NCBI GenBank assembly: GCA_045602025.1
Contig: JAZSAT010000023.1
Span: 21,898 to 85,897 of the forward strand
Direction of reading: 5' to 3'
Length of the DNA: 64,000 bases
Source of the DNA: Eubacteriales bacterium
Lineage (GTDB): Bacteria; Bacillota; Clostridia; Oscillospirales; SIG627
A program made the translations under genes and the position numbers. This document shows, one piece after another, positions 54,703-62,876 of this stretch. Numbering within the stretch: position 1 is the first letter of the stretch; each line of letters opens with the position of its first letter. The notes below the pieces were generated by a model that worked only from the letters and a program-made list of their open reading frames with translations, searched no databases and was not told the origin of the DNA.

Positions 54703-55905
54703 ATGGAAAAAAAGTTTTCCGCTTTTGCAACTACCGAAAAGAATGAAAAATGGGAGCAGGCTACTTCACGCATTTCTCCCATTTATCAGCGTGCAAACGA
54801 TCCGCGCAGTCCCTTCTTGCGTGATTATACCCGTATGATCCATTCTACGGGCTTTCGCAGGCTTAAGCATAAAACCCAGGTGTTCTTTTCACCTCAAAGC
54901 GATCATATCTGCACCAGGATCGAGCATGTTCTCCATGTGGAGTCTATTGCCACCGCCATTGCAGATTCTTTGGGGCTGAACAGAGAGCTTGCCAGTGCGA
55001 TCTCTGTAGGCCACGACCTTGGCCATTCTCCCTTCGGTCATAAAGGGGAGAGAGTGCTTAGTGACATTTCTTCTAAAGTGATCGGTGAAAAATTCTGGCA
55101 CGAAAAGAATAGTCTTTTTTGCGTGGATTTCTTGGAGCTTCTTGAGGACGACAAGCGCAACCGTCAGCCTTTGAATCTGACCTATGCAGTAAGAGACGGT
55201 CTCATTTCCCATTGCGGTGAAACGACCAAGAATCATTTGCATCCCCGTAAGGAGTTTTTGGACCTGTATGAGATCAAAAAGCCCGGTGAACTGGAGCCTT
55301 TTACCTATGAAGGCTGTGTCGTGAAAATGGCAGACCGAATCTCTTATATCGGAAGAGACATTGAGGATGCGCTGACCCTTGGAGTCTTAACAAGAGAAAA
55401 TATGGATGAATTGGGAGATTTGGTCGGAGAGTATACAGGAGACCATATTAATAATACGATCATTATCAATTACCTGATCAATGACCTTTGCAAATCCTCC
55501 GATCCCGATTCCGGTATTTGCTTCTCGGACCGTACCAATGAGTTTATTTGCCTTTTGGGTGAGTTCAACTACCGCCATATTTATCGGAATCCCCGAGTTA
55601 CAAAAGCGGAGGATTTCTTTGAGATGATGATCCGCGAGATCTTTCAGCTTCTTTTTGAATGCTATGACGGCGAAAATACCCTGAATAGGATCGATGAAAT
55701 GCAAAAGATCTATCCAAACCTTTTTGCTTCCTTCTATGATTGGCTCAGCTCTTACTGGACACTGGTTCGCGATTCTAGACAGATTAATCCCGCGATCTTT
55801 GACCTTTCCTTTGAAAAAGACTACGCCAAGGCAGCTATATCCTTTATTGCGGGTATGAGTGATCGCTACGCCATTGACTGTTTCAACGAAATTATCAGTT
55901 TTTGA
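54703..55905 (+). CDS. dGTPase-like HD-domain triphosphohydrolase
   Basis: FLRDYTRMIHSTGFRRLKHKTQVF...RIEHVLHVESIA...VGHDLGHSPFGH are the Dgt-family motifs. Confidence 0.85.
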   Translation: MEKKFSAFATTEKNEKWEQATSRISPIYQRANDPRSPFLRDYTRMIHSTGFRRLKHKTQVFFSPQSDHICTRIEHVLHVESIATAIADSLGLNRELASAISVGHDLGHSPFGHKGERVLSDISSKVIGEKFWHEKNSLFCVDFLELLEDDKRNRQPLNLTYAVRDGLISHCGETTKNHLHPRKEFLDLYEIKKPGELEPFTYEGCVVKMADRISYIGRDIEDALTLGVLTRENMDELGDLVGEYTGDHINNTIIINYLINDLCKSSDPDSGICFSDRTNEFICLLGEFNYRHIYRNPRVTKAEDFFEMMIREIFQLLFECYDGENTLNRIDEMQKIYPNLFASFYDWLSSYWTLVRDSRQINPAIFDLSFEKDYAKAAISFIAGMSDRYAIDCFNEIISF

Positions 55906-55912
55906 GAGAAAT

Positions 55913-56551
55913 ATGAAAGTACTTAGTTTTTCCTTGGGTGCACTTCGCACCAATACTTATTTTTGTTTTGATGATACGGGAGCTTGTATTGTGATCGATC
56001 CCGGTATGGACGGGGAAGGGATCGCTGAAAAGCTCCGTCAAAAAGGGCTTTGCCCGTCATATATTCTGTTGACCCACGGTCATTTTGATCATTCACAAGG
56101 GGTAAAGGCCCTGAAAGAAGCTACCGGTGCAAAGGTTTTGATCCACCGGGAGGATGCAGAAATGCTTTCAAATCCCGGTAAAAATTCAGCAGGCTTTTAT
56201 TATCGCGGCGACCTTTCTGCTTTTCCCGTCTCCTGTGCAGATACACTTTTGGAGGATGGAGATGTGATCCGCTGCGGCACTATGGAATTTACTGTGATCC
56301 ATACGCCCGGACACACGCCCGGCTCTGTATGCTTTCTGTCGGAAAATATCCTTTTTTGCGGTGATACGGTTTTCGCATACGGATACGGAAGGTTTGACCT
56401 TTGGGGCGGCGATAAGGCTGATCTTTCTGCCTCTCTTTCCCGCATTGCCTCTATTTCAGAGGATTTAAAGCTTTGCCCCGGTCACGGTAATTCCGCCTCA
56501 CTTTCTCGCATTCGTGAGCAGATCGTGGCATTTTCCAATGAATTAAAATAA
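55913..56551 (+). CDS. MBL-fold metallo-hydrolase (glyoxalase II-like)
   Basis: LLTHGHFDHSQG (HxHxDH), TPGHTPGS and GH are present. ATG is at 55913. Confidence 0.85.
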   Translation: MKVLSFSLGALRTNTYFCFDDTGACIVIDPGMDGEGIAEKLRQKGLCPSYILLTHGHFDHSQGVKALKEATGAKVLIHREDAEMLSNPGKNSAGFYYRGDLSAFPVSCADTLLEDGDVIRCGTMEFTVIHTPGHTPGSVCFLSENILFCGDTVFAYGYGRFDLWGGDKADLSASLSRIASISEDLKLCPGHGNSASLSRIREQIVAFSNELK

Positions 56552-56560
56552 GGAATTTTT

Positions 56561-57814
56561 ATGAAAAAAACAATTTTGGTTTGTTTTTTCCTTTTTGGTA
56601 TGCTCCTTCTTTTTTCTTGCGGAAAAGAGGCTCCTTCAAAAAGTCCACCGCTTACCGAAGAGCCTTGCACGACGGAAAATAAGGGGAATCATGTTGCGGA
56701 AACAAATGAGATTCTATCTGATACAGAGGATAAAAACTCCGTTTCCGTAACCGGTACTTCCTTACCGACAACGACTACACAGCATCAGCATCACTTTCTT
56801 GTCTTTTCTTTGAAAGAGTCAAACTGTATGCAGGAAGGAGAGAGGGTATGGCTGTGTACTTGCGGCAAGACCAAAAGTGAAAAAATTCAAAAAACGCCCC
56901 ATGAGTTTTCAGGTGCTAATTGTAATGAGCCTGCCACCTGCAAACGCTGCGGAGCAAAAGGCGAAAAATTAAAGCACAATTACGCGGGCAATACCTGTGT
57001 TCTTTGTAAAAATGTGATCCAATCTCCTGTTTTTGTTTTGGGAGAAGAGCTCTCCTTTGATGAAACAGATAAAAGCATTATTCAAAAGCTCGGGAATCCC
57101 AGCGAGATCCTTTTGGAGGGGGAATTAAAGAGCCTTCTTTATTATCAGGACTATTCCCGTTTTACCTTGATTCAAACCGACAGTGTCGGACTTTGGGGTG
57201 TGTTTACTTTTGACTCCGAGGCCTTTTTTCAAATCGGAGGTCAAACGATCAGCTTTTCCTCTTTTTCGGGAAAAAAAGATCCGGAATCGGAGGCTGATTA
57301 TTTAAATGCAGACTCTTGCCGCGTTTACGGCTTCAGAGATCGGCTCGGAAACGGTAAGATTTATGCTCTTTGGATGCGTTATGCGGAATGCAAATACGAT
57401 TTTATGCAGGATTCGGATATTTTACAAAGCTACGATACCCAGTCTCGCATCTCTTTTCACTATGTAAACGCTCTTCGTGCAAAAAACGGTATTGCGCCTC
57501 TTTTATGGTCGGTCCAGGCTTCCCGCGCATCTTACCTCTATGCAGAGAAGATGTCCAAAGAGAACTTCTTTTATCATGACGGCCTTTACGGAGTCAGACT
57601 GAATCAAGAGGGGATCGTGTGGCAAAGCTGCGGGGAAAATATATCCCAAGGCTATATCAATTCCTTCTTTGTGTGTGATGCATATTATAATTGCCTTGAC
57701 CATAGAAATAATATTTTAAATACGGAATTTACCCATGTTGGAATGGGATATTATTTGAAGAGTGATGAATACGGCCCCTTAGCAGTAATGGGGGCACAAA
57801 CCTTCTACAGTTAA
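56561..57814 (+). CDS. Lipoprotein with Cys-modules and a C-terminal CAP/SCP domain (second copy of this architecture)
   Basis: The lipobox is LLLFSC. The Cys-modules read HHF..ESNCMQEGERVWLCTCGKTKSEKIQKTPHEF.GANCNEPATCKRCGAKGEKLKHNY.GNTCVLC. The CAP motifs are NALRAKNGIAPL, GENISQGY and LDHRNNIL. Confidence 0.75.
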   Translation: MKKTILVCFFLFGMLLLFSCGKEAPSKSPPLTEEPCTTENKGNHVAETNEILSDTEDKNSVSVTGTSLPTTTTQHQHHFLVFSLKESNCMQEGERVWLCTCGKTKSEKIQKTPHEFSGANCNEPATCKRCGAKGEKLKHNYAGNTCVLCKNVIQSPVFVLGEELSFDETDKSIIQKLGNPSEILLEGELKSLLYYQDYSRFTLIQTDSVGLWGVFTFDSEAFFQIGGQTISFSSFSGKKDPESEADYLNADSCRVYGFRDRLGNGKIYALWMRYAECKYDFMQDSDILQSYDTQSRISFHYVNALRAKNGIAPLLWSVQASRASYLYAEKMSKENFFYHDGLYGVRLNQEGIVWQSCGENISQGYINSFFVCDAYYNCLDHRNNILNTEFTHVGMGYYLKSDEYGPLAVMGAQTFYS

Positions 57815-57843
57815 AAAAACGACTCATATGAGTCGTTTTTTTT
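57813..57843. terminator. Bidirectional terminator
   Basis: The perfect palindrome cgactcat/atgagtcg is flanked by A7 and T9. Confidence 0.7.
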
Positions 57844-58507
57844 ATTTATTTACTTTTTCAATGATTTTAACGGATTTCGGTTGAATGGCAGATTCCAAAT
57901 ATACGATTTCTTTGATTTGTGCCACCTCTCCCGGAGTAAGTCCGTCGGAAGACACTACGATATTGGCATTTTCATCATTGATAATGGCAACACATTCTTC
58001 AAAGCCTTTTGCTTTCACAAGGTTTTCAATGTCAATTTCCCAACTGGTTTCATTCGCAATGCGCTCCATTTGTGTAAAGGCGTCTGTTTTTGCACTTTCG
58101 CTGGCTTCTTCATCCTCGGTAATGCTGACCAGAACCTCAAGGGCTTCGCCTCTTGCCCGTTCTCTGTCAATGATCGCGCTTGCAAAATAGCTTTCCTGAG
58201 AGACTTCTTCTTGTACTTCATCTCCCTCGGGAAGAGCAATCTCTTTTGTTGGGGTAATGCCGTAGCGAATGTTCAGATACCCTGCTACTGCAACGATTAC
58301 AAGGCACCCTGCGATCAAAGCATTCTTGGCATTGATGCCTTTCCAAGGAAAGGGCTTTGCCTTTTCCATCATTTTTTCAAACCATTTGGGCATTTTCAGA
58401 AAACTGTCGTCATACTCTTCCTTTTGAAATTCGGTCAGAGATGTTTCTTCCTTGTCCAAAATTTCTTCCGCGGGTGTTTCCAGCTTGATTTTTTTTAGTT
58501 TTTTCAT
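57842..58507 (-). CDS. spoIIIAH: Stage III sporulation protein AH
   Basis: It is the last gene of the spoIIIA cluster. It has a single TM and a C-terminal YscJ/FliF-like domain (FASAIIDRERARGEALEVL...). Confidence 0.8.
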   Translation of the reverse strand: MKKLKKIKLETPAEEILDKEETSLTEFQKEEYDDSFLKMPKWFEKMMEKAKPFPWKGINAKNALIAGCLVIVAVAGYLNIRYGITPTKEIALPEGDEVQEEVSQESYFASAIIDRERARGEALEVLVSITEDEEASESAKTDAFTQMERIANETSWEIDIENLVKAKGFEECVAIINDENANIVVSSDGLTPGEVAQIKEIVYLESAIQPKSVKIIEKVNK

Positions 58508-58517
58508 GGTGTTCTCC

Positions 58518-58988
58518 TCACTGCGTTACAAAAATTTTATTTTGTGTAAGATCCAGCGTTCCTGCCACAAGTCGAAGGATCTTTTCACGAATAAGAGCGT
58601 TATCGGCTCCGTGACAGACCACGCTCACCCCCTTTATTTTCGGTGCACCTGTTTCCACGAGTATGGGGCTCGAGACCCCATTTTCCTCTTTCATCAGAAA
58701 AGTGCTGATATCGTTTCCGTTTTGTGTTTGTTCCTCTTGCAGAAAGGTGTATCGTTTTCCGCTTTCCAGCGTGATCATCACATTTACTTCGGAAACGCCA
58801 TCGATCTTTTCAATGATGCCGCAAAGCCTCTCTTCCAAGCGCAAAACATAATTCTCTTCATCAAAATCATCCTGAGCTGCTTTGACTTCTTTATTGGAAT
58901 GATATTCCGATAGAAAAAGAAAAATGACTCCAAGAGATAAAAGAATCAGAAGAAGGGGCATATTTTTTTTCATATTTTTAATTTCCAT
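58518..58988 (-). CDS. spoIIIAG: Stage III sporulation protein AG
   Basis: An N-terminal TM is followed by LEERLCGIIEKIDGVSEVNVMITLE...VKGVSVVCHGA, the SpoIIIAG ring-forming domain. The gagga SD precedes ATG 58988; the track start at 59012 lies upstream. Confidence 0.8.
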   Translation of the reverse strand: MEIKNMKKNMPLLLILLSLGVIFLFLSEYHSNKEVKAAQDDFDEENYVLRLEERLCGIIEKIDGVSEVNVMITLESGKRYTFLQEEQTQNGNDISTFLMKEENGVSSPILVETGAPKIKGVSVVCHGADNALIREKILRLVAGTLDLTQNKIFVTQ

Positions 58989-58996
58989 TTTGATCC

Positions 58997-59431
58997 TCAT
59001 TTCGCTTTGCATTCAATTCCGTAGTTTGTTTTGATCCAGTCTGCAATTCTTTGTGAAATATCGGGGTCTTTGCTTTTCACTTTGATCAGAACCGGCGTTT
59101 TCGTTTCGTCTGTGTGGATCTCAAATTCCGCTTCACTTTCGGGAAATATTTCTTTTATGGTGTCGTGCATTTTTGCCGCAAAACGCTTCAGCAAGTAAAC
59201 CTCGGTATCTTCCGTTTTTATATCTGAAAGAAAAACATTCATCTTTTCGGAAAGAAGATTTTCTTCTTTAAAGATCGGTAAAAGAGGAGAGAAGACCGAT
59301 AGAATCAGGACCATTGCGATTATAAAACGAAGCGGTCCGTAAAGAGGGGATTCCTCTCCCTTTGGCAAAAGAGCTTTGGAGACGCTTTTAAAAACACATA
59401 AAAAAATCAAGGTAATAACCCAGGCCTTCAT
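58997..59431 (-). CDS. spoIIIAF: Stage III sporulation protein AF
   Basis: It has two N-terminal TMs and a small alpha/beta domain. Its position is between spoIIIAE and spoIIIAG. Confidence 0.75.
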   Translation of the reverse strand: MKAWVITLIFLCVFKSVSKALLPKGEESPLYGPLRFIIAMVLILSVFSPLLPIFKEENLLSEKMNVFLSDIKTEDTEVYLLKRFAAKMHDTIKEIFPESEAEFEIHTDETKTPVLIKVKSKDPDISQRIADWIKTNYGIECKAK

Positions 59432-59432
59432 A

Positions 59433-60548
59433 TTAAAAACTTCCTCTGTGATTTATAAATATCGTAATATAGAAAACAAGGTAGCACCCCTCCGAGATCA
59501 TCAGTGCCATCAAAAGATCAAAAAGAGAAGATAGGGAAGAGAGCAGGCTTTTGCATTTCGTTTCCCCTAAAATTTCTCCAACTGTTCCCGCAAAGGACAA
59601 AAAGATCTTTTGAACTGCAAGGGTCAAAATGGGCCTTAAGATAATGTAAAAAAGAATCAGCAAGCAAAGAACGCCGCATTCGCTTTTTATAGCCTGAAAA
59701 GAAGCAGACAGGGTCTTTGCATTTTCCCCAACAAGAGAGCCGACAACGGGAATAAAATTTCCCGCGGCAAAGCGTACCGATCGCATCGCAAGGGAATCGG
59801 CAGAGGTCGCCAAAACACTTTGCAAAGAAAGGGTGGCACTCACAAGGGTGAAAAACAGAACGCAGAGAACCTTTGCTGTCTTTTTGATAAAAGTGATCAG
59901 TCCACCAAGGCCGAGGTCCGTCGCGCCGTCCACCATGGAAAAACAAAACAGTGTATTCAGTAGCGGCGCAAGGTAGGTGGAAACGATGGCATTTACCGTT
60001 CCAAGGACGAGGTTTATGTTTACCCCAAGCGTCCTTGCCGCCCCTCCTCCCCCTGTCATGGTAAGCAAAACGGTCGTTACCGGGAGAGATGCAATAAAAA
60101 AGGAATGAATGGAGCGAAGAGCCAGGGCGACATTTTCGATCCCTGCTTTCAATCCGGAATAAGCCGTAAGGGACATAATAAGAAAAAAGATAAAGTCAAA
60201 GCTGTTTTCCATTCCCTTGATCTTGAAGGATTTTTTTACATTTCGAAAGAGTGCAGAGATCAAAAGAAGGCCGCTAAGAGACGCGAAAAGGCGAAATCCG
60301 CGGGAAAGGCCGATGGAAAAAGCATTTCCGATCTCGCCGACTACCGATTGAAAGAAGCTCTTTTCGCTTCTTTTTTCAAAAAGATTGAAGATCTCTTCTT
60401 TTTCCACTTCTTCCGGGATCGCCTCCCAAAGAGAATCTATTTGGGAAAATTCCTCGATGCTTTTTGTTTCTGTTGCAGCCGCACTTTGAGAAAAAAGAAA
60501 AAAGCATATAAAAATAAAAGATATGATTTTTTTCATCCTATGTTTCAA
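59433..60548 (-). CDS. spoIIIAE: Stage III sporulation protein AE
   Basis: It has a signal peptide and about 7 TMs and is 371 aa. It sits at the canonical position and size for SpoIIIAE. Confidence 0.82.
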   Translation of the reverse strand: MKHRMKKIISFIFICFFLFSQSAAATETKSIEEFSQIDSLWEAIPEEVEKEEIFNLFEKRSEKSFFQSVVGEIGNAFSIGLSRGFRLFASLSGLLLISALFRNVKKSFKIKGMENSFDFIFFLIMSLTAYSGLKAGIENVALALRSIHSFFIASLPVTTVLLTMTGGGGAARTLGVNINLVLGTVNAIVSTYLAPLLNTLFCFSMVDGATDLGLGGLITFIKKTAKVLCVLFFTLVSATLSLQSVLATSADSLAMRSVRFAAGNFIPVVGSLVGENAKTLSASFQAIKSECGVLCLLILFYIILRPILTLAVQKIFLSFAGTVGEILGETKCKSLLSSLSSLFDLLMALMISEGCYLVFYITIFINHRGSF

Positions 60549-60931
60549 GAGAGTATTTCTCCGATCAGCTTTAATAAGTATTCAAGTATCGGCAGAGAAA
60601 GGAAGAGCAGCGCGCTTTTTCCGCAAAGCTCAAGCTTTTCTGCAATTTTTTCTTCTCCGAGATCGCGGCAAAAGGAGGTAGCAACCGCAGTTAAAAGGCA
60701 GATTCCGAGTGCTTTATATAAAAGGGAAAACATCTCCGGAATTTTTGTTTTATTGCCAAAGAGGGCGATCTCTTTTAAAACAGGAGATAAGAATTTTATG
60801 AAAACAAAAAGAAAAACAACACCGATCTGGCATAGGATCAAAGGCTTAAATTTGGGAAAGGATTCCTCGGCGATCTTAACAAGGATCGCGCCGAAAAGAG
60901 CGAAAAAGCAAATAGGTAAAAAGGATGTCAT
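60545..60931 (-). CDS. spoIIIAD: Stage III sporulation protein AD
   Basis: It is a 128-aa protein with 4 TMs. It overlaps its neighbours by 4 nt. Confidence 0.8.
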   Translation of the reverse strand: MTSFLPICFFALFGAILVKIAEESFPKFKPLILCQIGVVFLFVFIKFLSPVLKEIALFGNKTKIPEMFSLLYKALGICLLTAVATSFCRDLGEEKIAEKLELCGKSALLFLSLPILEYLLKLIGEILS

Positions 60932-61122
60932 ATTCCAAAGGTGTTCCGCACGGTTGAAATGAGATTTGCGATCTCCCCAACAAGAAGCAGCAGAACAATA
61001 ATGATCCCGCCTAAGGTTACATAGCTCGCTTGCTCGTCTTTTCCGCTGGATTTGAGAACCTGACAGAGAATACTGGCCAAAAGTCCCACTCCCGCAATTT
61101 TCAGAAGCAAAGTTACATCCAT
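60928..61122 (-). CDS. spoIIIAC: Stage III sporulation protein AC
   Basis: It is 64 aa with 2 TMs: MDVTLLLKIAGVGLLASILCQVLKSSGKDEQASYVTLGGIIIVLLLLV. Confidence 0.82.
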   Translation of the reverse strand: MDVTLLLKIAGVGLLASILCQVLKSSGKDEQASYVTLGGIIIVLLLLVGEIANLISTVRNTFGI

Positions 61123-61131
61123 TTTCTTCTC

Positions 61132-61647
61132 CTATAGCATTAAAATGAAGATCCCGATCCCAACGGTTATGCCTACCATTCGCGAGATTCGAATCTTGTT
61201 TTCCGTTTCCGTTTTTTCTTTTTCGTTCTCTTTTTTTAATTGGTCGATGGTGTGATAAAGCTCGTTGATCTGGCTCTCTTTTCCTTGTGTTCCGAAGTGA
61301 TCACCAGTGCTTTGAACGAGATCTGCCATCTGAGGAGAAAAGCCAAAAGAGGGAAGATGCTTTTTTATGATCCGCCCAAGTGCACCGCAAGGAGCACTCT
61401 CCACCTCCTCACGAAGTGAAGGGAGAAATCCCGCCTTTTCCAAAACCTTGTTATCAAAGGAAAAAAAGATCTCCTTTTGATCCCGATTGAAATTTTCAAT
61501 TTGAAATAAAATGTGCTGAAAAAACAGCACCGTATTTTTCCGCAAATTCTGTTTCTGCCGTATTTCCTCCCCAAGAAAATAGGAAAACAGTATCGGAACG
61601 ATAGAAAGAAGTAAAAGCCCGGCCGTTTTCACGAAACATTCTCCCAC
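61132..61647 (-). CDS. spoIIIAB: Stage III sporulation protein AB
   Basis: It is 171 aa with N- and C-terminal TMs flanking a helical cytoplasmic domain. Confidence 0.78.
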   Translation of the reverse strand: MGECFVKTAGLLLLSIVPILFSYFLGEEIRQKQNLRKNTVLFFQHILFQIENFNRDQKEIFFSFDNKVLEKAGFLPSLREEVESAPCGALGRIIKKHLPSFGFSPQMADLVQSTGDHFGTQGKESQINELYHTIDQLKKENEKEKTETENKIRISRMVGITVGIGIFILML

Positions 61648-62537
61648 CGCAAAAAGAAGCGGTATTCTTTCCCGGGGATTTTTTGTATGGATACTGCTTT
61701 TTCAAATCTGCCCGATCGAAAAAGCGTTTCTAAATAAGGGATCCTTCTTGCTTCGGTAAGCTCCTTGGCATGAGCGGTAGCGATTACATGGCATCCGCCG
61801 CTGCAGGAGGACAAAAGCGAGCGCGCCTCTTCTTCATTTCCGATCTCGTCGCATAAAATCACCTGAGGAGTAAAAAGCCTGGTGGCCATTTCCACGCCTT
61901 CCTTTTTTTCATAGCCGGAAAGCACATCGCAAAGCCCCATATTTTCCGTAAAATGTTTCGGGAAGATCTCCCGTCTCTCATCGATCACAGCTACGCGCAA
62001 AGGTTTATTCAGCCCTTCTCCCTTGGAGAGAAGCGTCGCGAGAGAACGGATCAGAGTGGTTTTTCCTTCTCCGGGTTTAGAGAGAATCAAAAAGGAGGAA
62101 AGCCCTTCTTCGCGGATCCTTTCCATTAGAGGCAAAGCCGCATAAGGCACATTTCTCGGGATCCTTATGTTCATTCCCTCGGGCCGTTCGGGTAAAAAGT
62201 TTTTTGTGCTCCCCTTAGAGGCGCAAAGGCCCAAACGCCAGCCGTCTTCGTCTACGGCGTAGCCTTCCTTCAAGGTGTCAAAGTATCGGTAAACACTTCC
62301 CATACAAAAAGCGGAAAGGATCTGAGTCATTTCTTTTTCCGTGCAGCAAAGTGCTCTGCTGAATTTGCAAGGCTTTCCTTCTTCATCAATAAGAATATTT
62401 CCCTCGTAGCTTGTAAGGGAAAGGGGAAGAGATGTGCGAAGCCTGATCTCGCAGATCCTGTCCCACCCCTCATAGCCTTCCAGCGCATCCTTGATCCTTT
62501 TCGGAAAGTGAAACAAATGCTTTTTGATATCGTCCAT
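61629..62537 (-). CDS. spoIIIAA: Stage III sporulation protein AA (secretion-type ATPase)
   Basis: Walker A is SKPGEGKTTLIRSLA and Walker B is VILCDEIG. The aaggag SD precedes ATG 62537. The 116-codon upstream extension in the track is rejected. Confidence 0.85.
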   Translation of the reverse strand: MDDIKKHLFHFPKRIKDALEGYEGWDRICEIRLRTSLPLSLTSYEGNILIDEEGKPCKFSRALCCTEKEMTQILSAFCMGSVYRYFDTLKEGYAVDEDGWRLGLCASKGSTKNFLPERPEGMNIRIPRNVPYAALPLMERIREEGLSSFLILSKPGEGKTTLIRSLATLLSKGEGLNKPLRVAVIDERREIFPKHFTENMGLCDVLSGYEKKEGVEMATRLFTPQVILCDEIGNEEEARSLLSSCSGGCHVIATAHAKELTEARRIPYLETLFRSGRFEKAVSIQKIPGKEYRFFLRWENVS

Positions 62538-62562
62538 TTTCTTCTCCTTTTTTACATGCTCC

Positions 62563-62591
62563 ATTCTATGCAAAAGACAATCAAAAAATGA
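62563..62591 (-). promoter_or_regulatory. Candidate sigma-E type promoter of spoIIIA
   Basis: On the minus strand the element reads TCATTTT (62585-62591), 14 nt, then CATAGAAT (62563-62570). The Bacillus sigma-E consensus is roughly kmATATT-N14-CATACAhT, and spoIIIA is sigma-E dependent in Bacillus. Confidence 0.4.
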
Positions 62592-62658
62592 CCGCTGATC
62601 GGTCATCGTATAAAAGGTTTTTGATTTGCATATTTTTAAACCTCTTTCAGGGATTTTC

Positions 62659-62687
62659 TTGCAATTTTCAGAGCTGTGTGGTAAAAT
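62659..62687 (+). promoter_or_regulatory. Sigma-A type promoter (extended -10) for the LRR/Cys-module gene
   Basis: TTGCAA (62659-62664), a 17-nt spacer and TGgTAAAAT (62679-62687). Confidence 0.5.
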
Positions 62688-62715
62688 ACTCTTTGCCAAA
62701 CAAAACCAAATATTG

Positions 62716-62791
62716 TAGTACGATACGGTATGTGTATTTTTATTACGGTAAAAATACAGATGCTCTATTTCTACATATACGGATCGTACTA
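62716..62791 (+). other. Nested stem-loop structure in the 5' leader
   Basis: The outer 9-bp stem is tagtacgat (62716-62724) with atcgtacta (62783-62791). The inner perfect 9-bp hairpin is gtattttta (62734-62742), loop ttacgg, taaaaatac (62749-62757). Confidence 0.45.
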
Positions 62792-62833
62792 TGTTGGATT
62801 TGTTTGGCGACAGTTGGAGCAATGTATTTTTCG

Positions 62834-62866
62834 GTGCGTAGCTTCGGCTGCGCACTTTTTTGTTTT
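62834..62866 (+). terminator. Intrinsic terminator/attenuator inside the leader, immediately before the SD
   Basis: gtgcgtagc-ttcg-gctgcgcac has a UUCG loop and is followed by ttttttgtttt. The GGAGG SD starts at 62867. Confidence 0.6.
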
Positions 62867-62876
62867 GGAGGTAATA

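Noticed and set aside
54703-55905. The dGTPase-like HD protein as a nucleotide-depletion anti-phage defence gene.
   Set aside because: Its sequence and size match the common housekeeping Dgt-like family of Firmicutes. Its neighbours are housekeeping-type genes with no other defence or mobile genes.
62730-62876. An in-frame upstream ATG (62730) that would add 49 aa to the LRR protein.
   Set aside because: The extension (MCIFITVKIQMLYFYIYGSYY...) has no SD and would bury the obvious signal peptide that starts at ATG 62877. That ATG is preceded by GGAGG. The region also folds into hairpins and a terminator.
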